This document shows positions 47,434 through 56,513 of a DNA stretch of 64,000 nt, one piece after another. Source of the stretch: Patescibacteria group bacterium (GTDB lineage Bacteria > Patescibacteriota > Patescibacteriia > SG8-24 > DYFX01); contig JBAZZB010000001.1 of assembly GCA_041659045.1 (NCBI GenBank), forward strand, positions 6,111-70,110, given 5' to 3'. Both the position numbers and the translations under genes were made by a program. Below the pieces are notes generated by a model. The model was not told the origin of the DNA, searched no databases, and saw nothing but the letters and a program-made list of their open reading frames with translations. Position 1 is the stretch's first letter; the number at the start of each line of letters is the position of its first letter.

Positions 47434-47772
47434 TTAGGAAGCTTGGCGTTTTTTCTTATCAAGATCCTCGAGGATTTTCCGTTCCAAGGTGTCCGTATCC
47501 TCATCGGTTGGCGTGCGAACAGATTCTTTCTGAATGCCATACGACTCCGGTGTGCGAAGCTCCGGCGCGACAGCATCCGTCAGATCCTCGATCATGTCGT
47601 CCTCGAGCTTTGCAAGCTGGCTTTCGTAGCTGCGAAGCTTTTCTTTGAGGAAGTCATGCTCGGGAGCATCGGCCGGCATGCCGGCAAGCTCAGCCGCCGC
47701 TTTGCTGATCTCCTCGCGGAGAAGGTCGGCTTCGGATTTTGGCTGTTCGAGTGAGGGAGTTTCAAAGCTCAT
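47434..47772 (-). CDS. Acidic hypothetical protein
   Basis: Coiled-coil-like ORF with a terminator hairpin downstream. Confidence 0.65.
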   Translation of the reverse strand: MSFETPSLEQPKSEADLLREEISKAAAELAGMPADAPEHDFLKEKLRSYESQLAKLEDDMIEDLTDAVAPELRTPESYGIQKESVRTPTDEDTDTLERKILEDLDKKKRQAS

Positions 47773-47826
47773 GGGAGTGTGATTATCACTTGCCAGAATA
47801 GCATAAAAATGGGAATTTGTCAACGC

Positions 47827-48726
47827 ATGAAAGCACTTCCGCGCATCATCGTCATCGTCGGTCCAACGGCTTCAGGGAAGTCTGCTTTAGCGCATCGTTT
47901 GGCAAAAGCGATCGGTGGAGAGATTGTATCTGCTGATTCACGCCTGCTCTATACGGGTATGAATATCGGCACGGCAAAACCATCGCTCTCTGAGCGAGAA
48001 GAAGTGCCGCATCATTTGATTGATGTGGTGTCTCCCTCAAAAACGCTGACGCTTTCAGAATATAAGCGCAAGGCCCTTCGCGCGATTCGCGATATCTTGA
48101 AACGCGGACGCGTACCGATCGTTGTCGGTGGTACCGGCCTCTACGTTCGTGCTCTCGTCGAGAATCTTGAAATACCGGAAGTGCCGCCAAACCCCGTATA
48201 CCGCGATTTTCTTAGAAAAAAAGGGGATGCGTGGATTTTGACGCAGGTTGGAAAACTCGACCCGGAGTACGCGAAACGTATTGGTCCAAACCCACGCTTT
48301 GCGACGCGTGCTCTTGAAGTTATGAAAGCGACGGGCAAACCGTTTAGCGCGTTGCAAGGAAAAGGACCTCAACTGTTTGACGCGCTTCTTCTTGGCTTGT
48401 CTCCAGGCACTCCGATACTCAAACAACGGATCTTGAAACGCGTCACGAAGATGTTTCGCGCAGGCTTAGAAAAAGAAGCGAGGGCGATCGCGGAAAAATA
48501 CGACGAGGCGCTGCCAAGCATGAGCGGAATCGGCTATCGCGAGCTTTGGCCGCACCTGCGCGGAGAGATTTCGCTCGCGGAAGCGAAAAAAACAATCGTA
48601 AGGAACACAGAACAGTACGCCAAGCGGCAAATGACGTGGTGGCGTGGCATGAAGGGGATCGAGTGGCACGTTCAACCTCAAACCGCCTTTCGTTCCGCTA
48701 AAAAATGGCTAATTTCAGCAAAATAA
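47827..48726 (+). CDS. miaA: tRNA dimethylallyltransferase
   Basis: GPTASGKS, SADSR, IGTAKP, VGGTGLY, IGYRE, YAKRQMTW. Confidence 0.96.
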   Translation: MKALPRIIVIVGPTASGKSALAHRLAKAIGGEIVSADSRLLYTGMNIGTAKPSLSEREEVPHHLIDVVSPSKTLTLSEYKRKALRAIRDILKRGRVPIVVGGTGLYVRALVENLEIPEVPPNPVYRDFLRKKGDAWILTQVGKLDPEYAKRIGPNPRFATRALEVMKATGKPFSALQGKGPQLFDALLLGLSPGTPILKQRILKRVTKMFRAGLEKEARAIAEKYDEALPSMSGIGYRELWPHLRGEISLAEAKKTIVRNTEQYAKRQMTWWRGMKGIEWHVQPQTAFRSAKKWLISAK

Positions 48727-48795
48727 CAGTCTTCGGGCTTTTCAAAAGCCTTATTTTGTGGCATAATAAGCTCAGAATTATTAACGTCCCACCGT

Positions 48796-48966
48796 ATGGA
48801 ACCCATCATGGGCTACTGCGTGAAGTGCAAGGACAAGCGCGAAATCAAAGACGCGCAAGAGGTACAGATGCCCGCCAAGGGCGGCAAGACCCGCCCAGCG
48901 CTCAAGGGCGTCTGCCCGATCTGTGGAACTGGTATCTTCAAGATCCTGCCTTCCAAAGCGGCGTAA
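48796..48966 (+). CDS. Small zinc-ribbon protein (DUF5679-like, 56 aa)
   Basis: MEPIMGYCVKCKDKRE...KGVCPICGTGIFKIL; missed by the ORF track. Confidence 0.8.
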   Translation: MEPIMGYCVKCKDKREIKDAQEVQMPAKGGKTRPALKGVCPICGTGIFKILPSKAA

Positions 48967-49079
48967 GCCACGTCGGTCGCGACCGACGTGGTAAGCCGGA
49001 CTCCTCCCTCATGGGAGGAGTTTTTATTTATACACATGTGAATCTTGCCGCGCTCGCTTGCTGATGGTAAACTCCTTTT

Positions 49080-49228
49080 TTCGCCAGTGAGCCGCAGGGG
49101 ATTTTTCGCCGGTGCTACTTCTTACGCACCTGCGAAATCTCTCAGAGGGTCGGGCGCGCCGCGTCGTGGTCGACCAGTACCCCTGCGGCTCCTTGGTGGA
49201 AAAGAAAAAGCCCCACGTGGGGCTTTTT
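49080..49228 (+). ncRNA. Candidate structured ncRNA
   Basis: TTGCCG-17-TAAACT promoter; perfect 12-bp stem 49089-49100/49180-49191; two internal hairpins; terminator. Confidence 0.55.
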
Positions 49229-49232
49229 ACAA

Positions 49233-49721
49233 TCACTTCTTGCTGAACCAGCCTTTGATCCGACCCAACAAAGATGGCTTTGGCTTGTTGCTGCGAGCAA
49301 TCGTGTTATCCATCGGATAGACTTCATCAGCGCTTCGTACGCGAGCTTTCCGCGCTGCATCAGCCGTCAGCTCCTCAACGCGATCACTTTCGTCCATCAA
49401 GCGCGCTTCCTGCGTCATGTCCGGGATGGCATCCAGGTTTTTCCGAGCTTCTTTCATCATCGCCTCATCTCGAATGCGCCGCGCTTCGTGCGTCATGTCT
49501 TCGATCTCTTCCAAGTCACTCGTCTTCAGTTCGGTCTCCTGCTCTTCCTCGGGCTCCTCCTTCACGTGATCGGACAGGTCCTCGATTTCCTCGAGGTCGC
49601 TTTCTTTGAGTTGGATTTCTTCCGTGCCCTCGACCAGTTTTAAGTGGTTTTTCTTTTTTTCCGGTTTCGCGGCTTTTGGTTCGGGTGCGGGCATTGCCTC
49701 AGCGAAGTTGCGGCGGGGCAT
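49233..49721 (-). CDS. Acidic repeat protein with C-terminal amphipathic helix
   Basis: LK.SDLEEIED x2; ends SLLGRIKGWFSKK. Confidence 0.75.
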   Translation of the reverse strand: MPRRNFAEAMPAPEPKAAKPEKKKNHLKLVEGTEEIQLKESDLEEIEDLSDHVKEEPEEEQETELKTSDLEEIEDMTHEARRIRDEAMMKEARKNLDAIPDMTQEARLMDESDRVEELTADAARKARVRSADEVYPMDNTIARSNKPKPSLLGRIKGWFSKK

Positions 49722-49732
49722 AGGAGAAAAGG

Positions 49733-51268
49733 TTAAAGCTTCCCAAGTTTGGCTTCGAGAATCTCGCGGACAAGATCCGGTTTTGCTTTTCCTTTGGTTT
49801 CTTTCATGACCTGGCCGACCAGGAACATGATCGCGGCTTGCTTGCCGGCTTTGTAGTCACCAACCACTTTTTCGTTGGCGAGGATGATGTTGTCGCACGC
49901 GAGTTCGAGGTCGCCGACGTCGGAGACTTGCTCGAGGCCGCGCTCGGAAACGATCTGGGAAGGATCCTGGCCACTTTCGAGCATGGCACGCAGTACTTCT
50001 TGCGCCGCGGTCGAGTTGATCTTGCCGGCGTGGAGCAAGGTGAGGAATTCGGCAAAATTCTCCGGCGTAACCTTGGCAATGCGAATGTCCGTTTTGATTT
50101 CGGCCATGAGGCCGAGGAGTTTCGAGAGAAGCCAGCCGGAGACAAGTTTGGCGAACTTCGGCTTGACCGCATCCCACGTTTCTTTTTCGCCACTCGACGA
50201 GAGCCATTCTTGAAGTTCGGAGAACGTTTGTTCGGTGAAGTCGGCGAGACCGGGCGTTTCAACAATTTGCTTGGCGTCGGCAGGAGAGAGAGCATATTCC
50301 TCGCGGAAGCGCTGGCGCTTGGCTTCGGGAAGTTCCGGCATTGTTTGTCGTACGGTACGTTCGAGCTCAGCGAGTTCAAGCGGCGGCAGATCTGGTTCGG
50401 GGAAGTAGCGATAGTCGGCAGAATCTTCCTTTACGCGTTGTTCGACCGTAATCTGCTTGTCTTCATCCCAGCCGCGCGTTGTTGTGATCATGGGTGGCGT
50501 ACCGATCTCCCACAGCTTCGTTTGGCGCATGATCTCGTATTCGAGAGCGCGCTCGACGGCCTTGAAAGAGTTCAAGTTCTTCACTTCCGTTTTTGGGTTG
50601 AAGCGCGCGACCGATTCCTTCTCGATCGCCGGATCATCGATCACTTGGCGGAGGCTGACGTTGGCGTCGCAGCGCAGGTGTCCCTTTTCCATTTCAGCGT
50701 CGGAAACACCGAGCGTGCGCATGATGAGGCGCAGCTCGTGCAAGAAGGCTTTAGCTTCGGAAGCCGAGGCGAAGTCGGGTTCGGTGACGATTTCGGCGAG
50801 CGGCGTGCCAGCGCGGTTGAAGTCGACAAGCGAAGCGCGGCCGCCGTCGGCGTGCTGCAGCTTGGCGGCGTCTTCTTCAAGATGGAGGCGCGTGATGCCG
50901 ATCGTGAAGACCGTGCGCTCATTGCCCTTGGCGTAGGGATTCTCAAGCGTCATCGTGCCGGCGACGCCAACAGGTTTGTCGAATTGCGAAATTTGGTACC
51001 CCTTCGGCAAGTCGGGGTAGAAGTAGTTCTTGCGGTCGAATTTCGATTGCGGGGTGATGCGGCAGCCGATCGCGAGCGAGGCCAAAATACCGAAATGAAT
51101 AGCCTGTCGGTTCGCAACTGGAAGCGTGCCGGGGTGCCCCATGCAGATCGGGCAGACGGCGGTATTCGGCGGTGCGTCCTCGGCACGGTTATCGCAGCCG
51201 CAGAACATCTTCGATTTTGTTTTGAGCTGGACGTGGATTTCCAGCCCGATTACGGGCTCCAAAGTCAT
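49733..51268 (-). CDS. gatB: Asp/Glu-tRNA amidotransferase subunit B
   Basis: VIGLEIH, RKNYFYPDLPKGYQISQ, LEEDAAK, YRYFPEPDL. Confidence 0.97.
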   Translation of the reverse strand: MTLEPVIGLEIHVQLKTKSKMFCGCDNRAEDAPPNTAVCPICMGHPGTLPVANRQAIHFGILASLAIGCRITPQSKFDRKNYFYPDLPKGYQISQFDKPVGVAGTMTLENPYAKGNERTVFTIGITRLHLEEDAAKLQHADGGRASLVDFNRAGTPLAEIVTEPDFASASEAKAFLHELRLIMRTLGVSDAEMEKGHLRCDANVSLRQVIDDPAIEKESVARFNPKTEVKNLNSFKAVERALEYEIMRQTKLWEIGTPPMITTTRGWDEDKQITVEQRVKEDSADYRYFPEPDLPPLELAELERTVRQTMPELPEAKRQRFREEYALSPADAKQIVETPGLADFTEQTFSELQEWLSSSGEKETWDAVKPKFAKLVSGWLLSKLLGLMAEIKTDIRIAKVTPENFAEFLTLLHAGKINSTAAQEVLRAMLESGQDPSQIVSERGLEQVSDVGDLELACDNIILANEKVVGDYKAGKQAAIMFLVGQVMKETKGKAKPDLVREILEAKLGKL

Positions 51269-51316
51269 AGTATGCCTATCCTAGCAGGTGTTTACGCATA
51301 AAAAAAGGGGCCAGAG

Positions 51317-51832
51317 CTATGTCTGAACCCGGGCGGAAGCCGTCCTTCGTTCGGCGGCTTCGAAGTAGGAAGATGGCGTTCTTTGGAGGTAGATGCTGCC
51401 CAGGAGTCCGAGGAGGCTCACGGCGCAGCCAGCGGCGACCGGTGCGGCCGCGTTCGATGTCGAGCCGATCGCAGCGAGGACGGCGATCGCGCCGATGGCC
51501 GAGATCTTCAGAAAAGCGACGATGGCGCGCTCGAGGATGTAATACTGCCAGGGATGGGGACGCTTCCGTGCTGGCTCCAAGCCAGTGCCCAACGCGTGAT
51601 AGCCGGCGAAGATGAAGAAAACGGCCAGTGCGGCCTTTTCCAGCGCCATACCCGGGCGCGTCAGCGCGCCGGCCGCGAGCGGCACGAAGGAGACGACAGT
51701 GATCAACCCGAGCATGAGTGCCAGGACGGAACGACTGCAGCTCAGGCGGTGCATCAGACGCAGGGTAAGACGATCGAAGGCCGCCTGAATCTTCTCGTCG
51801 ACCCAGCGGAACGGAAAGAGCAGAAATCGCAT
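51317..51832 (-). CDS. Hypothetical 4-TM membrane protein (array member A)
   Basis: GGAGG SD, TTGACA-17-TATGTT promoter; D..IQ..FD motif and YLQRTP. Confidence 0.75.
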   Translation of the reverse strand: MRFLLFPFRWVDEKIQAAFDRLTLRLMHRLSCSRSVLALMLGLITVVSFVPLAAGALTRPGMALEKAALAVFFIFAGYHALGTGLEPARKRPHPWQYYILERAIVAFLKISAIGAIAVLAAIGSTSNAAAPVAAGCAVSLLGLLGSIYLQRTPSSYFEAAERRTASARVQT

Positions 51833-51891
51833 GGAATCCTCCGGATGTTTGACGTGAAGAACATACGGGCACGCCCAGTCGTTGTCAAGAA

Positions 51892-51978
51892 AAAAGCCCA
51901 GACTTACGTCTGGGCAGGAGCGGTCTGCGGCGTTCCGACATGTTCCCGTGCCTTTTCGGCGGGCGGGTTCATGGGGGT
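51892..51978 (-). repeat. 87-bp exact direct repeat, copy 1
   Basis: Identical to 52988-53074. Confidence 0.95.
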
Positions 51979-52455
51979 TTTGGCGAGGTAGAGAAGAAGG
52001 AGTGATGTGAAGCAGGCGAGCGAGAGGCCGAGCATGCACACCATGGTTTCTATCTTATAGCGGACATAGACCGCCGTAACCAGAAGCCACAGACTGACGG
52101 CGAGAAGCGCACACTTCATTAGTAGTGTCGCCGAAGCGAGTTGTCGCAGATCCGATCCCGAGAGGATAGATGTTGCTCTGGATTCTGCCTCGCGATCCTC
52201 TTCGTACTGGGCGACGTCGCTCCATGCGAATAAGGCCAGGAGAAACAAGACGAATGCGGCGCCGCCATAGATACGCGCTTGAACGAGCATCGCAAGCGAC
52301 GGACCGAAGAAGGTGAAGGTACAGCAGCATTGCAGTCTGTAGCGGATTACGGACTTCTTGAGCCCGAACTTCAACATGAGGAAGAAGCAGACGGAATCAA
52401 ACCGCTTCTGGATCGCGGCATCCGCGCGCTCTAGGAAAGAAACGACGTACTTCAC
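51904..52455 (-). CDS. Hypothetical 4-TM membrane protein (array member B, GTG start)
   Basis: DAAIQKRFDSVCFFLMLKFG; start overlaps the upstream stop; AGGAG SD. Confidence 0.75.
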   Translation of the reverse strand: MKYVVSFLERADAAIQKRFDSVCFFLMLKFGLKKSVIRYRLQCCCTFTFFGPSLAMLVQARIYGGAAFVLFLLALFAWSDVAQYEEDREAESRATSILSGSDLRQLASATLLMKCALLAVSLWLLVTAVYVRYKIETMVCMLGLSLACFTSLLLLYLAKTPMNPPAEKAREHVGTPQTAPAQT

Positions 52456-52928
52456 GGAGCGTCTCCTTTCTCCGGATCTGGCCGGTATCCGAGCGGCGCA
52501 GCGCTCATCACGGCCATGCAGATGGCGACGAGCGCGATGCCGATCGAAAAGAGTGAAACGAGCGCGGCGTGCTCCGCAAATGAGAGGCCGATTTCTCGGA
52601 CGGTTGCCGGAGGTCGGACAAGCATCCAGACGATCTCGATCAGGAGAACGAGTCCGGCCGCTTTTGAGAACCTGCCCCACTTCGCAATGAGCGGATCGTC
52701 TTCTTGGTCGACGGCTTCGAGAAGCGCCGCCGGGAGCACGAAGATCCCGATCATGATGATCGACGTGATCACCGTGATCACCAGCGCTGGGTCAGCCGTA
52801 TCCGCCAGACATGCTCCGATCAAGAGCGCCAGACAGATGATACCATGGCCGAGATAGCAAAACAGCCGCATGCACGACGACTTCTTCCAGCCACGGCGCA
52901 TGAACGCATGAAGGATCAATTGCCCCAT
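52452..52928 (-). CDS. Hypothetical 4-TM membrane protein (array member C)
   Basis: AAGGAGG SD; FMRRGWKKS resembles FMRRFGVRKS of member D. Confidence 0.7.
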   Translation of the reverse strand: MGQLILHAFMRRGWKKSSCMRLFCYLGHGIICLALLIGACLADTADPALVITVITSIIMIGIFVLPAALLEAVDQEDDPLIAKWGRFSKAAGLVLLIEIVWMLVRPPATVREIGLSFAEHAALVSLFSIGIALVAICMAVMSAAPLGYRPDPEKGDAP

Positions 52929-52987
52929 TGGTGCCTCCTTTGTGGGACGCTTGAACCTACCCCAGAAGAGTCATCTCGTCAAGATAT

Positions 52988-53074
52988 AAAAGCCCAGACT
53001 TACGTCTGGGCAGGAGCGGTCTGCGGCGTTCCGACATGTTCCCGTGCCTTTTCGGCGGGCGGGTTCATGGGGGT
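52988..53074 (-). repeat. 87-bp exact direct repeat, copy 2
   Basis: Identical to 51892-51978. Confidence 0.95.
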
Positions 53075-53524
53075 CTTTTTCAGGTATTCGTGCGCCAGCG
53101 TGCAGATGAAGAAGTGTCCGATGCAAAGAGAGATACTGGCGGGCTTGTCCATGAGGGCGGTCACGGTCACGATCCCGATGATCGTACAAGCGATCTTGGC
53201 GACTCCGTCCGTGCCGATGTCGGCCACCGAGGCTGTTTGGATCGAGCCTTCGGCTTCATGATCCTTCCCAAGGTTGTTCGTTTGCTCGACCACGATGACA
53301 AGCGCAGAGAACGCGGCGATGATGCCGAAGATCAACGGGTGTCCGTACCACATGCCGAGCTGCACGAGCGCCGAAGCGAGCGTCACAGCCGCGACGGCGG
53401 CGAGCGCGTACCGAATCATCGACTTTCGTACGCCGAAGCGGCGCATGAAGAAGAAGCAGATCGAGTCGAAGCGCTTCTGAACCGCGGCGTCGAGTTTGGT
53501 AAAGAACGCGAAGAGAAAGCTCAT
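53000..53524 (-). CDS. Hypothetical 4-TM membrane protein (array member D)
   Basis: GAGGAGG SD; DAAVQKRFDSICFFFMRRFG; YLKKTPMNPP. Confidence 0.75.
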   Translation of the reverse strand: MSFLFAFFTKLDAAVQKRFDSICFFFMRRFGVRKSMIRYALAAVAAVTLASALVQLGMWYGHPLIFGIIAAFSALVIVVEQTNNLGKDHEAEGSIQTASVADIGTDGVAKIACTIIGIVTVTALMDKPASISLCIGHFFICTLAHEYLKKTPMNPPAEKAREHVGTPQTAPAQT

Positions 53525-53574
53525 CAGGACCTCCTCGTAAGACATCAGAACAAAAACACGCCTCGACGTTGTTG

Positions 53575-54273
53575 TCAAGACGTGGTGGGTGCAAGTTGCA
53601 GGGCGCGTTCGACGTGCGGCCAGACGAGACCATGACAGTCTTCGATTGAAGGCAGATTACCCTCGGGGGTTATGCAGTCGATCAGGACGTGATTGGGAAA
53701 CTGGTTGGCAAGCTCGCGGTACGCGATCTCGACGTTTTCTTGGTAGGCGCGGTCGCGTTCGTGCATATCTTTTTCCTGGCCGGCGGTGTAGGCACGCGCT
53801 TCCTTTTTTGCCACAAGCGTATCGCGTAGGTCAGCGGGAACCGACATGATGAGCGTAAGGTTCGGGCGGGGGAGCATCATGCGGACAAATTCCAGGTCTT
53901 CAACCCAGAGGCGAAAGGTCGTCCGCTCTTTTGGATCGGCAAAGAAGGCGCTTTCATACGCCATAGCCGAAGCGACAAAACGGTCTGCGATGACGATTTT
54001 TCCCGCGTTGAGCCAGCCTTGAATTTTTTCTTTCGTGGTCTGACGATCGCGGGCGTAGAGCGCAGCCACGACGTATGCGCCAACTTCGTCGCGCGTGCCG
54101 AACTCGCCACGTAGGTACATGTCAATGATTTTTGCCGACGGCGCGCCGTGCTGCGGAAAGCTGATCGTTTCGACCTCGCGGCCGAGCGCACGCAAACGAT
54201 CGACCAGCAATTTCATCTGGGCACTTTTGCCGGAACCGTCACCGCCTTCAAAATTGAGGAAGAATCCACGCAT
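53575..54273 (-). CDS. tmk: Thymidylate kinase
   Basis: FEGGDGSGKS, SFP, VIADRF. Confidence 0.93.
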   Translation of the reverse strand: MRGFFLNFEGGDGSGKSAQMKLLVDRLRALGREVETISFPQHGAPSAKIIDMYLRGEFGTRDEVGAYVVAALYARDRQTTKEKIQGWLNAGKIVIADRFVASAMAYESAFFADPKERTTFRLWVEDLEFVRMMLPRPNLTLIMSVPADLRDTLVAKKEARAYTAGQEKDMHERDRAYQENVEIAYRELANQFPNHVLIDCITPEGNLPSIEDCHGLVWPHVERALQLAPTTS

Positions 54274-54274
54274 G

Positions 54275-55900
54275 CTAGGAACCGTCTTCAAGCGCGGCTT
54301 CTTTCACGCGCTGCTTGGCTTCGGAATCGGCTCGACTCCAGAAGTAGTCGCCGTGGTCGGCGAACTTCATCGCCTCGGCGCGCCAGGATGAACGGGCCGC
54401 GACGGCTTTGTGCATCAGCTGCGCGACGCGACGATACGAAGGATGGCCTTGCGGCGTGGTGCGCAGCTCGATGAGGTGCATGAGCGCGCGGTCGTTGATG
54501 CCGAGCGTCCAGCGGATGAGGGAGCCGTGCAGGGTGGCGTAGGGAGCTTGCTCGGGGAACTCCGGCGCCAAGCGCTCGTACAGCGCGACGGACTTTTCTC
54601 GGCAGGCTTCTACCCGCCCCGCGAAACCGGCGTTTTTGATGTCTTCTGGTACGACGAAACCGAGTATCGGCGTGAACTTCTGGCGATCCTGACTGGCCAT
54701 GCGATGCCGCTCCAAGTCCTTGTAGGTGCCGTAGTCGACCAGCATGTCGAACGTATACGGATAGCCGCTCTCCATGGCTCGGCCCGGGCGGTCACGTCGG
54801 CTCTTGCGATTGCCGACGTACGTGGCAATGATTGCCCCGCGCTTCTCATCGGAAAGAGAGTGCACCACTTCGCGAATTTGCGCGAGCGGATGATTCAGGT
54901 GCGGATAGAGCATGAGCGCGAGCGTCAGGTCGTCGGACTCACGCTCATTCGTGGCGCGGTCCATGAGTGCGACCGTCTGAGCTTCTTGCGGCGCGATGCC
55001 GGCGAACAGTGCCTGTGCCAGCGCGCGCACGGCGTTCCTGGTTTCAATGACGTAGTCGTTTGCCTTTGCGCGTTTCACGTAGCGCGGAATGATCTTGTCG
55101 AGTGCGGTTTGCGTGCGCGCCGCAATGTCGCGCACTTCGGGAATGGCAGAGGAGTAGCAATGGGTCATGACCGTCTGGAAGAAACGGCCGTTGCCGAAAA
55201 TGCCGACGTTCGTGAGTGTCGAGAGCGGCAAGAGCGCGCGGAGCGCGTCGCAGGCTTTGGAACGGATGTCGGCTTGGTAGGTGGTGCGGAAAGCCTTCTG
55301 GAGCTTCTCATCTTTCAGCTCGGCATAACGCTCCTTCGCGCCATCGCCGTTTACATCGTATTCGGCGATGTCGAGCGGTTTGAGCTGTTCGTAATACGCC
55401 TTCATGGGCGGGATCAGCTCGCAATAGGTCGAAAAAATAAAATCCATCGTTTCGACATACGCTGCACCATGCGACGAAGCCATGATGGCCGGATCGCGGT
55501 AGTAACGGTAGTGGCCCTCAGCATTTTTCTGATCGTAAAAAACGTACCGCGTCGACTGTTCGATGGGGGAGCCGCCGATACGGCGATCTTCGATCTCCTT
55601 CGTAGAAAGCGTCGAAATGTTTTCAAAAGAAACATGCGCGCCTTCGAGTTCGCCAACCGAGTCGTCGCCGTAGGCGATCAATACGCGCTCAATAAGGTCT
55701 CCGGCCTTCTTCGCGTCAATCGCGCCTTCGCGAATGAATTCCTTGAGCAGTGTTTCACGGAAACCGCCCGGGGCGCGGCTGTAGCGCGCGTACACCGCCC
55801 CTGTCATGCCGTCCAAACCCTTCACAGCAAAAATATCGTCTTCGGTGCTGGTGACGTACGGGGCAAGCAGGATTTTTTCTTCGTCGGAAAATTTCGGCAT
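54275..55900 (-). CDS. thyX: Flavin-dependent thymidylate synthase, tandem Thy1-domain type
   Basis: ARYSR, YGDDSV.EL, EQSTRY, DLERHR, IELRT.PQGHPSYR. Confidence 0.9.
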   Translation of the reverse strand: MPKFSDEEKILLAPYVTSTEDDIFAVKGLDGMTGAVYARYSRAPGGFRETLLKEFIREGAIDAKKAGDLIERVLIAYGDDSVGELEGAHVSFENISTLSTKEIEDRRIGGSPIEQSTRYVFYDQKNAEGHYRYYRDPAIMASSHGAAYVETMDFIFSTYCELIPPMKAYYEQLKPLDIAEYDVNGDGAKERYAELKDEKLQKAFRTTYQADIRSKACDALRALLPLSTLTNVGIFGNGRFFQTVMTHCYSSAIPEVRDIAARTQTALDKIIPRYVKRAKANDYVIETRNAVRALAQALFAGIAPQEAQTVALMDRATNERESDDLTLALMLYPHLNHPLAQIREVVHSLSDEKRGAIIATYVGNRKSRRDRPGRAMESGYPYTFDMLVDYGTYKDLERHRMASQDRQKFTPILGFVVPEDIKNAGFAGRVEACREKSVALYERLAPEFPEQAPYATLHGSLIRWTLGINDRALMHLIELRTTPQGHPSYRRVAQLMHKAVAARSSWRAEAMKFADHGDYFWSRADSEAKQRVKEAALEDGS

Positions 55901-55995
55901 AGGCAGTATCAGGATTTGTACCTGCAGTACATCACTTCGCTCACAGCCGTAGAAGTGGACAAGCCTGTGGATAAGAAAAAGGGGCCAAAGCCCCT

Positions 55996-56421
55996 TTATC
56001 CGGTAGTTCCGAACCCGCCACGCGTCTTGTCTGTAAGGGCTGGGCCCTCGTCCCAGACTGCGCGGTCGACCCGGACGAAACCAGCCTGGCAGACGCGGTC
56101 GCCCTTCTTGATTTCGACCGGTGCCTCGGTGAAGTTCATGACTCGAAGCTTGAGCTCATCCTCAGGGCCGCAGTAGTCCTGATCGATGATACCGATGCCA
56201 TGCGGCAGCTGGACGCCCTTTTTCGGAGTCGAGGAGCGCGAAGCGACAAGGAGCATGTAGCCCTCGGGAATGCCAAAAACGAGACCGGTCGGCAGGTCGG
56301 CCATGGCTTTTGGCGCGAGGGTGATGTCTTCGACGCAGACGAGGTCGAAGCAGACGGCACCGGGCGTTTTATATTCAGGCAGCGCGACGTCGGGGCGGGT
56401 TTTTGTGATTCTGACTTTCAT
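55996..56421 (-). CDS. dut: dUTP diphosphatase
   Basis: RSS, GIIDQDYCG, GDRVCQ, RGGFGTTG. Confidence 0.96.
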   Translation of the reverse strand: MKVRITKTRPDVALPEYKTPGAVCFDLVCVEDITLAPKAMADLPTGLVFGIPEGYMLLVASRSSTPKKGVQLPHGIGIIDQDYCGPEDELKLRVMNFTEAPVEIKKGDRVCQAGFVRVDRAVWDEGPALTDKTRGGFGTTG

Positions 56422-56430
56422 CGCGTTTTT

Positions 56431-56513
56431 TTGTCATCCCGAGCGCAGTCGAGGGATCTATTCTTCGAGCCAATAGATCCCTCCACTTCGCTGCGCTTCG
56501 GTCGGGATGACAA
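56431..56513. repeat. GTCAT...ATGAC palindromic (REP/RPE-like) element
   Basis: ttgtcatcccga/tcgggatgacaa terminal IR plus gagggatcta/tagatccctc internal IR. Confidence 0.75.

Noticed and set aside
51892-53074. DGR template/variable repeat or integron attC sites
   Set aside because: The copies are identical (no adenine-specific mismatches), no reverse transcriptase or integrase is in the window, and no RYYYAAC/GTTRRRY ends were seen
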